A stretch of 50,375 nucleotides of DNA, counting the filler, from Catajapyx aquilonaris (taxonomy: Eukaryota): assembly GCA_000934665.2 (NCBI GenBank). It is 2 parts of 2 records of this genome, joined end to end, with 100 filler letters (N's around TTAATTAATTAA, not from the genome) between each part and the next. Parts side by side here need not be neighbours in the genome. Positions count along the whole stretch, not along the records: positions 25,111 to 50,375 come from JYFJ02005401.1; 1 more part is not named here. The stretch is one strand, 5' to 3'. Under the pieces are notes generated by a model that was not told where the DNA came from, did no database searches, and saw only the letters and a program-made list of their open reading frames with translations. Position 1 is the stretch's first letter, and each line of letters opens with the position of its first letter. Below are positions 48,623 through 50,375 of this stretch, piece by piece. The position numbers and the translations under genes were made by a program.

Positions 48623-50156
48623 TCAGAGCACGGTTTCGTTGGTGCATGTCCTGGGGCCGTTGACCAGAGAATAGCGAGAGCTTCCATCCCTTCGAGAAGC
48701 GATTCCTCCTCTAATGAATAATTCCTTGAAGGTCTCCCTGAACTGGCGTGACATCCCGCAGTAGATGGCGAAGTTGATTGGGTATGAGACGATTATGAAG
48801 AAGTTGGTGAAGAGGATCAAGATGTTGGCCACATGGTAGTCCAGTACCTCCTTCAGGGTACTGGAGATGATGTGGAGGACGGTGACAACAGCCAGGGGGA
48901 TCTCCACAGCCAGGAACACTGTCACCACCACGATCAGCATCAGGGTGGTACAGTTGGAGTCTCGGAGCTTCTTGCATTCGCTCTTCTTGTTCTCCTTGAA
49001 CAGTTTCTCTCGCTTCAGCTGGGCTTGTCTCATGGCACGGAACAGAAGCACGTTCAGCACAACCAGGGTCACGCATGGCACCTGCAATAACAATAAGGCA
49101 TTAATTTTGTCTCTTACTGTTCTCAGTACGTAAAAATCAACTCCAACAAAACATCGCTTGGAAAAAATATCGACTGTCAGAAATATCTCCAGCAAGGATA
49201 CCATCGTAGTATTTGATATCACTTGAAACCAGCTGTAAAAATATCCAGGATAAAGAGTACATTGATGCTAAAATGTAAATCTGTACATTAATATTATTGT
49301 GTATGGTAGTAAAATTCAGGGTGACTCTGTTGGTTTCCAGTTGTGCCAAGTAGAAGATTGTTGACAGTCAGTAAAGGATGAGTTGGCACATGGAATTGAC
49401 ACAACTGGCAACCAACAACACATTTCAACACATTCCTGTACGTTGTCTCCGTCACTTTGGCAAGCACTTTGGTGTATAGTTATGCCCATCATTGGAAAAA
49501 CCGTTAAATTAATTTTTCCTAAGTGAGTATTAATCACTGCTACAGACCTGCAGTACACTGCAAGTCCGGTGTGTGAAAATAAGCTTTCGCAAGATTTTAA
49601 CCGTTACGGATGTGACCTAAATTTTGAAACACGCAGTATCCATATTTATCCAACGATTTCCACATTTAATTCAAAATGACGTAACATTTCAATGACTTTA
49701 TTATCCGATCTAATGGTTTCTTTTACTGTACACATACAATGTGGTACTTTTTTGAGCAAAATGTGCTCGAGAGAGACTCACCATGTGGACGAAAAGTACG
49801 CGGAACCAAAAGTAGATGCTGAAGTAGAGGTTGAGACTAATGACGTCGACCCATTCGGCAAAGTGGAACCTGCAGACGGTGACGGACCTTCCCTCCCAGG
49901 TGACGTGCATGGGTTCATAGACAAACTCGGCGAATCGGGTGGATTGATGCAGCGCAGCACACACGTAGATCCACACTATGCCCTTGAGGACACGAGGCAT
50001 GGTGCACCAGGTGCGTGCCACAGGCGCGTGACACACGTAGATGTACCTCTGCACAGCTAGGGCCAGTGTCAGCCAGATGGAAGCAGTGTGGAACAGAGAC
50101 GGTATGGTCTCGTGCATGATTTTCCAGGCGTAACACGCAGCCACGGGGGACAGAGG
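48623..50156 (-). CDS. SPR: Sex peptide receptor / myoinhibitory peptide (allatostatin-B) receptor, last two coding exons (50156-49782, 49081-48623); 5' exons lie beyond the window
   Basis: HTASIWLTLALAVQRYIYVCHAPVARTWCT (TM3, QRY motif), KKLRDSNCTTLMLIVVVTVFL (TM6), SYPINFAIYCGMSRQFRETFKELF (TM7), C-terminus NGPRTCTNETVL; phase-0 GT-AG intron. Confidence 0.96.
49328..49417. repeat. Second copy of the 46426-46524 hairpin repeat, in the SPR intron
   Basis: TGTTGGTTTCCAGTTGTGCCAA ... CACAACTGGCAACCAACA. Confidence 0.65.
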
Positions 50157-50375
50157 CTGTAATACACGACAGACGCATAAGGTACTACTGTGGATATTAA
50201 CACACACAATGCATAGTAGTCCAGGTGCTAAGGGACAAATTTGACCCAAACTTTGCATTTTGTGACAAAAGTATGAATCTCGGTACACTTGTTCTTTGGA
50301 CACTTCTGATCATATCTGGACGTGGAGCCACGATGACCCACCCCGGTGGTGGTCCATTTCGCAGGGTTTCCATAA

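Noticed and set aside
48711..50178. Alternative-frame and antisense ORFs over SPR
   Set aside because: Shadow ORFs of GC3-rich coding exons.

Overview
Eukaryotic, intron-containing, AT-rich genomic DNA, almost certainly from an insect or other arthropod; it is not prokaryotic. Two contigs are joined by an artificial 100-bp spacer at 25011-25110. Gene models were built by hand from GT-AG boundaries and frame continuity. They are: the last four exons of an annexin B10-like gene (+, 10032-11447); a degenerate C2H2 zinc-finger gene (+, to 9319); a two-exon basic protein with a possible alpha-crystallin/HSP20 core and an RS/protamine-like tail (-, 15668-16599); an intact 13-exon, 750-aa coiled-coil gene resembling CCDC175 (-, 18091-22744); two RBBP6/SNAMA-derived segments in inverted domain order (RING part 29165-34574, zinc-knuckle mini-gene 42126-43199); and the last two exons of the sex peptide/MIP receptor (-, 48623-50156). 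The rest is a ~2.8-kb tandem segmental duplication carrying half a THAP domain, microsatellites, three tRNA-derived SINEs, an RTE LINE 3' end, a probable solo LTR and many TIR elements, including a multi-level nest inside a 5.9-kb Sola-like foldback element. I see no clear evidence of a wholly new multi-gene system. The best leads are the permuted RBBP6 duplicates, the HSP20-like/protamine-tailed gene beside the CCDC175-like gene, and a thrice-repeated decayed peptide module at 7.9-8.5 kb. All homology calls come from recalled family motifs, not database searches.
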